A DNA stretch of 54,687 nucleotides, filler included, from Sphacelaria rigidula (taxonomy: Eukaryota): assembly GCA_964200075.2 (NCBI GenBank). It is 2 parts of 2 records of this genome, joined end to end, with 100 filler letters (N's around TTAATTAATTAA, not from the genome) between each part and the next. Parts side by side here need not be neighbours in the genome. Positions count along the whole stretch, not along the records: positions 1 to 27,297 come from CAXNAA020000119.1; 1 more part is not named here. The stretch is one strand, 5' to 3'. The notes below the pieces were generated by a model. The model was not told the DNA's origin, did not search any database, and was given only the letters and a program-made list of their open reading frames with translations. The position numbers and the translations under genes were made by a program. Shown here piece by piece: positions 1 to 11,000 of the stretch. The stretch's first letter is position 1; each line of letters starts with the position of its first letter.

Positions 1-1759
1 CAGCTACACGTTGATACCCTACTCAGGGGTATCGAGGTCCTCAGTGGCAAGCTACTACAGAGAGAATATTGGGCCTGGTGGAGGTGCATTTCGGAGCTGA
101 AACGGCTTAGTCACTAATTGACGCTTTTCACTCTCAATCGTACATTCAACTCTCGATTTTACGAAAACGTTGTTCAATTCGATTCGACCGCATATTTTCG
201 AGTCGAAATTTGTTTGATAATACACGGCCTGATGAATCGATCATCGCACATTAACTGATGCCCGAGAGATTCGGTAGTGGTCATTATCCACGATAGACAT
301 AAGCAAGGTGAACAAACTGGAAACACTCGCTTCATGAAATTCGAAAACGGGAGGAGACAAACAAAAAAATAGAGGGCGGGGGAGGATAAAATCAATGGAT
401 ATGAGCAGATACGCTGCAGGTGTTAGCCACGGGAATCTGCAGGGCATGGGATTGCATCTTGTGTGTAACGTGTGTAAAACTTCGAGAAGTCAATATTAGA
501 TAATCCGATGAGCCGTAGACATGCAACAATCATATGACCGAGTTCAACATCACCCAACCCTCCAAACACCGTAACCGGCCAGACATGTAGGCTGGTCCCG
601 GCGAAATAGACCACAAGCGTGCCTCCGGTGACTGTTTATTCGGGAACTCTAGACATGAGACCTGGAAATTCAAGGAGGGGAGCGCATTCACCATTCGAAC
701 GTCGCCATTACCGACATATATATATTTTTTACGTGTCACGCCCATTTGACTGGATTTTCGACATTAAGTATCGCCCTTTTCTCGCCCCTAGCGAGAAAAA
801 ACCCGTAAAAGGGGGGTAACGACGGCCTTCGAACGGTCGACGCACTTCTCTCCTCGACATTTCAGGTCCCAACTCTCATACCTCAAGCATATAATCCAAG
901 AGACAAATATTTTCGGGGAATGTTTCCCTCTCAATATTTTCTTTGGGCATAACCTTTTTTACGGCGATAAGGTGGGGATTAAAACAGCTACCGATGTTCT
1001 TGCCTGGATGTAGCAGCAATGCGCACACCAATAGTCAGGACAATCGAGCAAGAGCTAAGTCATGTTGTATTTGGGGATCTCACAGCCCATTCTTCACGAA
1101 GTTATGTTGTGGTGAAAGTGTAGACATCATCCTCGCCGAGACCTCTTTCCTTTCCCGAGTGCAAAAACCAAGTATCCGAATCTCGTATCATACATAGACT
1201 GACTCAATTGCATTCGGACGTTAACCCTGATCGTAACCCCGACGAAAGTAGACCCAACTCTCGGGCAGCGACCGTGTTCTACGCAATCAAAGGCGGCGCT
1301 GTCCTGGACGCTCGAGTAAAAAAGCATTGCTGTGCAAGAGTTCCCCTGCATCAGCACACAAAGGTTCCCCTGCATCTACTGTGAAACCGGGTGTCGTGAA
1401 AACCGAGGAAAAGCGTGAATGAACATTCGGATTTGGGTTTGTGCCGGGAATTGCCCTGCGTACCGCTCTTTTTAGGATCAAGGTTTGAGGCCAGCGTAGG
1501 CAATCTATCAGCTGAGTCGGCACCACTCTCACCCTATGAATGACTGTGAGACCCAGATCACCCACCGTGGCGATCAAAGGGTTACCAACAATCCAAACAC
1601 AGCAACACCATCTTCCATCGCACGGCACATACGCGGCAATCCAGGCCACGATTTGAGAGATTTTCGAGTTCAATATATAACACAAACTCGTCAACCTTTT
1701 TATCGCCCCACCATCCCCACGACCACACCCCCACAACCCACCCACCCCCACCCCCACAC

Positions 1760-1769
1760 NNNNNNNNNN
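1760..1769. other. Assembly gap (10 N) with duplicated flanks
   Basis: 1770-1830 is an error-rich repeat of 1641-1705, and both run into C-rich tracts. Confidence 0.85.
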
Positions 1770-2772
1770 CCAGGCCCAGATTTGAGAGATTTTTGAGTTA
1801 AAAATATAACCCAAACCCTCCACACTTTTTTTCCCCCCCCCCCCCCCCCCGCGGGTTACCTCCGATGGCCTACGTCACATTTGGGGTTCAGAGCAGCTGT
1901 CTTTTCAAACGATAAAACACCTTGTCTCATGGACATTCCCCCCCATCCCTCTAGAAAGTTGTGGAATTCTTCGGACTGTCAGCCGGAAAACTGTTCCGAA
2001 ACGAGGCTCGCAGTCAAACGGTTGTGAGTCCAAAATTTGACAGGACATGCATAATGGTACATGAAAAACATTGTTGGTGACGCTGGGTTTGGACCGGTGC
2101 TGTTGAGCAGTCGGGTAAACACAACCCGATGCCAGCGTTGGTAATGCAGCCGCATTTGCGGAGTATAAAGCAGATAGTTTCTTCCCCGCTCTCGCGGCGC
2201 CCGCTGCCCCAGTATACGGGTGGTATGGTGGGTGCGCCGATGTGAACGTAATCGGCATTGCTGCTGATGGCGTCGATACTGTAATCCGGTGGATCCTCGC
2301 GCTGCTACAGGACACTACTTCGGCCATGTAGCCGTTTCATCCTCACAGTGCTGTACTGCGATACAAATCGATGCGAATCCTCGTAGTACTCCAGTACAGT
2401 ACAATGCGCATTCTGGCAGTACTACAGTGTAGTACTTCTGTTGTGCAGCCTGTTCCCCGATTTACTACCTGCACTTCAACAAGAAACTGATTGGCTGCTC
2501 AGGCCGCCGTCCCGCAGGTATGCTTGTGCGTCTGTATACCACGCTCTCAGCGTACTCATATAATGAACAATCGCTTCGACGTTTGGTATCCCCGGCAAAG
2601 GCATACCAAGTATTGACCGTTTTAGGTTCTCTTTAGCATTCGCCATCTCAAACAGATGATGCCTCTTGTGAAAACAACTTATTTCGATTGGGTGATTAAA
2701 CATTCTCCCGCTCCCACACAGCGAGGCGACCTGTAGTTTTGGGCGAATACATGTATTGATTTTTTCGAACAA

Positions 2773-3010
2773 ACTAACCGTAACACTAACACTAACACTA
2801 ACCCTAACCCCCACCCGATGCCTACGAGGGTCCTCGGGCAACGGGGGGTGCAAAGGGTCTCCGAGGCAAAGTGTGCGTCGGCAGACCTCAAATCGACGCC
2901 ACCGGCACCGATTTGAACAAAACACGTTCCGGACGAGCTGGGTCCACTGCTCCCCTACCCCAAACCATAAAGTTTCTCAGAACTTTCTTCACTCTAAAAC
3001 CAAGTAGTCA
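2773..3010 (+). repeat. Dispersed module with a telomere-like head, copy 1
   Basis: ctaacactaacactaaccctaaccc followed by about 200 nt homologous to 9731-9955. Confidence 0.75.
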
Positions 3011-3408
3011 TCCTGTCAACCATAGATTTTCGCCCAAAGCTGAAGCTTGACGGCACAAAACAAATCTTCCCTCGATTGAGAATATATCGCATCTGGGCGA
3101 GGGGTGGCTGTATGGTGGCGCAGGAGACGAGAAAACAGTCCCTCCCCCGGGGTGGGATTTTTACCGTTAACTTTGCGGTGATGACCGTCGTTTTGGTCTA
3201 TACCGTGCGAATGGCAATACGTTTGGATAGCGGGAAAGTATTTTGAAAATATTTGAAATATCAAAACTAAAAAACGCCCTACCCGGGGATTTAGTGAGCG
3301 CATCCTCTCTTCCAAACATGATCACACAGGTGGAATCTACCGTTCTGGCCTGTCACACGCGAATGGCCATGCACCGAAACACACAAACGCGTCGATATAT
3401 CTCAACAT

Positions 3409-3654
3409 AATTGCAGAGAGGGTCTACCAGAGATTGAGTAAAGGAGTGTGTAGATTAGCTCAAGAACAGCAAGTCAGGAGGAGCAGGCGGAATAGTGAAT
3501 ACATTTCTCAAGTAAAGGATGATGACCATGATGATTATGTTGTATAACTGCATCTGGGAAAACGAGTACAAACTCAAGAGGTGGAGAGAATGAGTAGCAG
3601 TCAACCTTTTGAAAAAAAGAGACAAGGCTGACCCAGGGAAGTATAGAGGAAGGA
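3409..3654 (+). mobile_element. LINE RT fragment, inverted close copy of 11880-12131
   Basis: Long exact shared stretches with the reverse complement, e.g. ggtctaccagagattgagtaaaggagtgtgtagattagctcaa and aaaacgagtacaaactcaagaggtggagagaatgagtagcagtcaac. Confidence 0.9.
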
Positions 3655-4995
3655 TCGGAGTGCGTCTCCTTCCTAGATTAAGGTCAGAATTGAACGCGTC
3701 AACTCTTTGGCCTGGATTACCGCGAAAGTGCTCCGCTGCAGGAGAATCACTGACATTCGTACGTGTGTTGGTGTCTAGTACAGTGAAAATGAAAAACTTA
3801 GGAGGGGGGCCACGACAAGGGAGGCTGGGGTTCCATTTTCATCATGGTTTAGGGATTGGACGAGGAAAGGTATACTTTTCTGTCATGTTACAGGGGTTGG
3901 GTGCGGAACCATCTACTTGCAAGTGTTCAAGTATCTTGTAATCGAGCTACTGGGCGTGGCGGCCGGGTCGAAAACCTTGTACATATCATCTACACGAGCT
4001 GGGCCAGCTTGAAGCTTTTTTGGGGCGCTTGACCAGCTTTGCACGGCCCGTTTTCAAGACTTTGAAGCGGAAAACCGACACCTGGCTGACGTCATCAAGA
4101 TGCAAAAACGTCCTGCGGTAGCCAAAAGAAAAAAACAGCGATAAGGGTCATCTCGAGATTCTGACGAGAATTTCAAATGACATAACTCAACAAATATGTA
4201 TATGTACAAGGTTCCCCTTCGGGAGGTTGGTACGGGCCTCCCGGGGGTCACGCGAGTCGAAAACATATGGTTAAGAGAGGCTGTTATGTATCAATGTACA
4301 CTAGTGATCGTGGATGTACAAAGCATCGCGTGTGTTATCGGATGTCGTTCGGGAATATGGGAATTCGGACGGAGGCCGACGGCGGAACCGCCGGCGTAGG
4401 ACATGTGAGGTATTTCCGAGGTGCCACAGTGCGAGGTAGATCTCGTGCCACAAAGACATGACAGCGGGAGGCACTTCCAAAAAATTGGAATGCGTGGAAC
4501 ATTCTTGGCATGTTCTTTGTACATCACTGTGGTTTCTACATCACCGGGCCTTTTTTGAAGACAGGGTGATTGTTTTTGCGGCAAAACATTCCTGTGCTGC
4601 CGTGCTGCTGTGCCTTGTTCAACTCGCCAACGGCCCATTGCACGGTCTTGTGTTAACTGGTGACTAAGGCCAAGGCAATGTTCAATTGTTTTTAACTGCT
4701 TCGCCCTCATGTTCTCGTGACATTGGCGGCATAACCGGTGTGTTCGTGCTCCCAAATGAACGATAACGCGACAAAGAGAAACACGGGAGGAAAATAACCC
4801 GCCAAAAGTAATCCTGTTTGAGGGTTTCAATGATCTTCAACAGGCTTGTTTTTGTGGTTCGGGTTCTTGTTTCAAGTTCTCCATGATCTTCAAAAGGCTG
4901 TTGTGGTTCGGGATGGACACCCCGGGAAAAGGGGCCAGTTTGAGCGACTTTCGGTGGCCAGAACACGCGCCACAGGTATCAGATGACACCCAAAC

Positions 4996-5031
4996 CTGAA
5001 CGATGATATACCGCTGAGCCTTATCAGTGCG
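4996..5031 (-). CDS. Anoctamin micro-exon (C-ALIRLSGISSF)
   Basis: cttttgcAG acceptor, GTTTGG donor, 36 nt. Completes TNC-ALI as in ANO10-type proteins. Confidence 0.65.
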
Positions 5032-8000
5032 CTGCAAAAGAAAGCGCGGGAAAAAATGCCTTGCCGCCAGATAAAGCTCGGTACACTCGATGAAAAATGT
5101 GAAATGATACATGTACATGTACTGGCTACAGGAGTAAGTTTTCGCGTATCGACTTGTAGAACGTGCATGTAAACCTTCAGCTCAAAGTTCTTCGAATTGG
5201 GTCGTTCCGTTCTCCAGTTGGTTCAAGAGATTTCCACAAGGGAAGAACACGAGTTCCAATCCCGACAGATACACTTTGTTTTTTTCAGAATCTGATTTCG
5301 TGGTTGAGTTCATACATCATGCAGTACATTTTTCATCTTCATTTTTTTACCGGCAGGGTGGATATCAGCAACTTGGTCTGCACTTAACAGCCATAATACT
5401 TACATCGGGTTCAGTCGGGAAACTATTCAAGCGAACACTTTTCGTGTGCTAGATAAACAGGAGCTTTTAGGCTGGCCCGACTTGCATCTGTACTCATTTT
5501 GCGTCAACAACATTGCTTTGAGGCGTTTAGCAAACGGTTCGAAGAATGAAAAATCCAAGGACTCATTCAGCACAATACTAGCCGAATTCCAAGCTCACCA
5601 GTTTGTCAGGACGCTCGCCATACCCAAGAACTCCAAGATACCGTACCATGCACCGATGCCAGACCTGTTGGACGGGCGCACACGTACAGCAGACGTGAAC
5701 ACAATGTTGCATGTATTTGCGTTGGTGCGTCATCACAATAAAATCCGTGGTATTACGTCGATTTCTCTCCCGGGCACGACGCGGCTTTCTGACCCCTCTC
5801 TCGAGTTTCCAAGAACGCCTGTACAGTACGCATCCGCTACGGAATGAATTCCACAGCGGTGAGGTTTGCGTGTTCTGTGTATTATCTGTGAAGAACCAAA
5901 AGCTAAACGTGACTGCAGAATTTCGACGAGAGTCCACGCGTTGTGGCAGTGCTGATCCAATCTGCGGCAACAAAAAGTCCAATCGGCATGGTACCGGGGG
6001 AGATACGGGTCGACCTCAGTAGCCTTCGAACTCATCCCGAGGAAGGGGAGTGGTGGAGACTACAGCGACACGAACTAAACAATATTGATCCGTCACAACT
6101 GTGGGAAGGCGAAATGATGGGCACACACCCAACTTTTTGGGATCGAGCGGGAAACACGTTGTTCATGCTGGAGTACCAATCCAAACCATAATGTCGACCA
6201 CCACAGCCTACACCAGTGTCACCATGTCCATACTAGCCCAAGGGGGGACTAACCGGTCCACGTAGGGGGGGCGGCGACTCCTGACGAGCTTCTGGTGGTC
6301 GATGTAAATCTCCGCCAGGCATCGGATGAGCGCCAACAAGGGAGCTAGCGGAAAGGCCACCGCAAACATAGTCACGTACCCGTACTGTTTGAGGTGGAGA
6401 GAGAGGACGGGGAGAAGGGGTGACCAAGGACCTTCAACGCAGGGAGTACGCACGCTTGATTTTCTCGATGAGAGCACACGTTATCGAAGTACATGGGGAG
6501 TTAGCACGAACACGACATTTCGGGTAAGACTCGAGTTGAAAAAAATGCGGCACGTCTACCCTCAAAGATGTATGAATGATTGAATCCCTGGTTATTGCGA
6601 CAACAGTGTTACAACATCTACTTTGTAAGCGGGACGGAAGAGGGAGGGGTGGGCGTGGGGGGGGGGTGGGGTTGCTTATGCGTTGCTTGCCTCAGTTGTT
6701 TGACCATTGGCCACGCATCCCTTTCGAGACGGAGCACCGTTCCTACTCCTAATAGTCACCTTCAACATTTCGGCGCTCATTACGTTTCTTCCATACATTA
6801 CACAAAACCCGTCTACATATATTTTCCCCGCCCTGATTCGCCGTCTGTGGCCACCATCTATCTCCTATAATAGTATAGCCATCATTTTTCCCCTACTGTC
6901 CAATGCATCAAACGATTTCATGCCACCTTCGTTCACGCCCCGCGTTTCTCCCTCTAGCACGTCCCGTTCTTCCTTGTATAGTTCACATTCTGCCACTATA
7001 TGACTTCTGCTCTCTATTGCTTGTTTGCCACAGGGGCAATTTTGTCCATCTACTTCTTCCTCCTTTCGAAGACTGGTAATTCTCTTTCTTCTTTCTGGCA
7101 GGTCCAGGTCCCCCACCCGAAATCGCAGTTTCCCATTTTTCGCAGCGTCCATTGGGTCATGCAAATATGATTTTATCCCGATCCCCTCTCTCAACCCCTC
7201 GTATATCTTCAGGTGTTCTTCTTCTACTTTGGGTCTAAGCGCTTCTTCCCCCCTTATTTTCATCATGTCCCTTACTTTGGTCTTGTACCCTGCGCCTTCA
7301 CCTATGGACAGTATTTCGTCTTGGTTCCCTTCTATCTCCTTCCATATTTTCTTGATTTCTCCATCCCACCTTATGCCAGCCTGCCCTCTCGTAATTTTCT
7401 TCCATACAGTCCTATCAACTATAGGTGGCAATGTCTTTCTCTGCATGTTCTTTGAGCTGTATTGCCATCGCAACTTTCTCGTGTCTGTTACATTTAAGTG
7501 AGTACCTTGGCAACTCTGCTCTCAACGGTGTATTACTCGTCGTTTTCCAGCATCCAAGAACTTTCTCAGCTGCTGCCATCTGTTCTGTTTCCAACTTCTT
7601 CACCAACTTCGCGTGCACCTCCCAAACCTCTGCATATTCTAGCCTTGGTACGATCACGATCAGGATACATGTCTTAATCCTAGTGTCTAGATGCGAATCT
7701 CTGAGAACCACGTCTTTTTCTATTATTTTATTCATGTGTGCCTTCCAAGAAGAGTTTTTCGAGATCTCTACGCCAAGGTATGCATACTGGTCCACGACCG
7801 GCAATTCCTCTTCTCCCCACTTCCATCTGAACCCTACCGGGATTTTCTGATACACGTTACAGACGAGTACCGCGCATTTGTTAACGTTCGCTGTCACTCC
7901 ATTTTTTTGTGCATTCTAGCCGAGGGAAAGAGACTGCTGAACCCCCCTCGCGATAAAAAATTAAAGGCAAGCACCGCAGAAGGAAGGTGGGGTACTACAA

Positions 8001-11000
8001 ACGAATAAAAAAAGAAAAAAGCTCCTGTGTTGGCCTTCCTCCTGTGTGACCCCGGCTGGCGCGCCCACATATACCGACAGGTGTAGACCGGCGTCCAGAC
8101 TAGATGGGACGACAACACACACACATTCTAGCGCCTTGTCTACCTGTTTCTGTAATCCTTCTGGTGTTCCTGAGATCCAAACAAAATAATCCGCGAACAT
8201 CAACCAATGTCGCCGCCGCGCCCCGGTGGTGTAATGGTCCGACTGTCGCCATTAGGGTGGAGAGAACGAGGGTTCCATGCTCGATGAGCTGAGTTTTTTC
8301 TTCGTAACATCTGACTTCCACCGTGGGAAGCGTGAGAACGTGAGTTCACAAAGTAGTCGACTGAGTTTGTTTGACGTGAGTGGACGTGGTGCGGTAGTGC
8401 TGACCCAATCCGCGAGGAGACCAAAATGTAAGGCGTGTACCGGGGGAGAGAGGGGATGATCCCTTGAGACCACGGATTCGTAGCGAGGAAGGGGAGGGGT
8501 TCAGAGTGCGACAAAAGAAAAAATCCAACAATCCTGATACCGCACCGTCACCCACCCTGACTCCTTGATTTGCTGCTTCTATTGCTATTATCAGGTCATT
8601 AATAAATACCTTGAACAAAGCGGGTGATGGCGTACATCCTTGTGCAACTCCTTGTGAAATACCGAAATATTCCGGTATTTCCCTGTCTAGCATCATGGCA
8701 CTTTTGGCACATTCTATCATCTTCTTGATCATTCTTCACATCCTTCCTCTGATTCCACTTTCCCACAACTGTTTCCACAGTCCATTTTTCCATACCCTGT
8801 CATTAGCCTTTTACATGTCCAGAAAGAAACAGTTGTGGGTGCGCCTGACCCCCCCAAATCGGCAAAAAAGTGTCACCGACCAAAACACGGAGAGACCGGA
8901 GACATTGTTTATTCCCTGATGATGCAAACCGAAAAACACCCGAAGTACTGGTGATTTGAGTGGGGTTTCCGCTTCACGGTTTCCCATTTTTCTCGTCCCA
9001 GACTACGAACCACGGCGTGCCTCGGCTACTCACCAGCGTGTATTTGTCCCAGCTACAATCTGACAGAATTGTGTTACCAACGAAGTTATGGTGATCGAGA
9101 AAATAGCAAAAAAACGTGGTGTTTCTTTCCACTTAATTCGCGATAAAACTCGGATCCTGTTGAGATAGAAAAAAATCATCCAGTCAAGTTGTAGCTGTCG
9201 TTTTGACGCAGATGATGCAAATAATCGTATCCTAATCGATGGCCTTGGCGATGAGTAGTTTGGGGAACGGTAGGGGCTATTAGCGCAAACAAGCGCCCCA
9301 AACTCTTGCCTGTTTCCACGATACGCGAAAACCTCACCCCTGTCCAACGGCCTCAGTAAATAGATCACACTCATGAATGACTCTTGGTGGTGCAGATGGT
9401 TGATACATGCGGGTGCGTGAAATGTTTGACAGGAGTAGAATCTGAACCTTCGATCGAACCCCTATAATAAGCTGTGTCTGCGAGACAAATACCCCCGTCT
9501 GTACATCGGTCGTGTGCGTGGCAAGAGCAGCGCTCGTTCTCCTGCACACAGTGTACTCACCACGCCACCATCGATAGCGTAGCCTAGGATGTGAACTCAC
9601 CTGGCGGCAAGTATAGAAATGATCAATATCTTGACCGCAATGGCAACACACTCCAGCAGCCGTCAGTAATGAATCGCACGAGAGCAAGCAAGAACCTTCG
9701 CGACCTTGCAGTAGCGAAGCGAACAACTGCAACCCTAACCCCAACCCTAACCCTGACCCTAACCCCAACGGAGGAACACCGAGAACCCTCGTGTATGGGG
9801 AGTGCAAAGTGTTCCCTACACGAAGTGTGCGTTGCGAGACCTCAAATCGGCGCTCCAGGCACCGATTCAGACAAAAATGCGTTCTGCGCACGCAAGGAGC
9901 ACAGCCCCCATGAAGATCCAGATTTTGATCTCCACACTAAAACCAAGTTGGACTAACTTACCCTCCCGAATGGTAAATCATAGTGCGTCATCAAGACGGC
10001 AAAAAATACAGCATAAAGTCGTCGGCCCACTTTTGCTGAAGCCACAGGGCGCCGGAGCCCCATTCATGTCTTTCAGTGGACCCACCCGTCATGAGACACG
10101 CGTCTGTCGTAATCGCCACTGGTGGGTGACGCACATGATATACTTGGACAAGGCGAGTCATTCATCCGCCAAAAATTACGGACCGATGGCATCCGATGAA
10201 TCAAGCTCCTCCAAACATGAAGAGGTCGTCGATCAACATCCGCCCAGCCCACATCACACTCCCGGCGACTGTTTGTGCTCCACTCGTCTGCGCAAGGGAC
10301 TTCCTCGTTGGAGTTCATCGGCACATATGGCTCTGTCGCATGTTGAGCACACGATGTTGCCCTAATTTCGATTCACACCCCCCAAACGAATTGTTCGATT
10401 ACCTTCATGTCCGAATTAACATGCACACCACAAACGATTGCATCGTCGTACCTCTACCCGAAAAAGCACGCCTTGGACCCTCATCCCTCGACATCGCTTT
10501 GGGATGATGTCCCGTCTGATGAATCCGACTTGCTGCAGTCTATGCTTGTCCAAGCAAGGCAAAAGTATGCTGGTCGTCCCACTCATGCCAGGATTCCTTG
10601 CCACTCGGCCCCATGAAGAAACCGCTCTCTAGCCCGCTTGTGATGGAAATGTGCAGTATGTGCAAAAGACAACCCACACGTGCTACACACACATATATAT
10701 ATACAAGCCGCACGGGACCCGGGGCTGCGCCCCGGTCCCGTCCGTCTTATTCGAGGGTCTCGGTATTTTTGCCTTGCCAAGTCCTCGTGAGAATAGGTCC
10801 TCTCTCGAAATGTTCATGCCGGCCGGAAACATTGCAGGACCACCGCGATCGCGCGTTTGTTCAAACGGTCACGAAGGCATGTGTACCCCCGCACAAAGTG
10901 AAGCACGAATCAACTGACCGGGCACCTAGCATTGGAATTGTCCCGAACAGTCATCTCCCGGGGCGGGTGCGGAGGAAGTTGCAAACTAAAATCAGCAATG

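Larger units (their letters stand above)
1632..3724. mobile_element. Putative non-autonomous TIR element (Tc1/mariner-like ends)
   Basis: cgcggcaatccaggcca at 1632 and tggcctggattaccgcg ending 3724 form a 16/17 inverted match. Left flank TA, right flank AA. Confidence 0.5.

Noticed and set aside
1536..1796. ORF with SSIARHIRGNPGHDLRDFRVQ resembling a Penelope GIY-YIG endonuclease
   Set aside because: There is no GIY/YIG motif or linked RT. The stretch crosses a putative TIR and runs into an assembly gap.
1641..1850. Direct repeat on either side of the N gap
   Set aside because: Looks like a low-quality read overlap at a poly-C tract rather than a real duplication.
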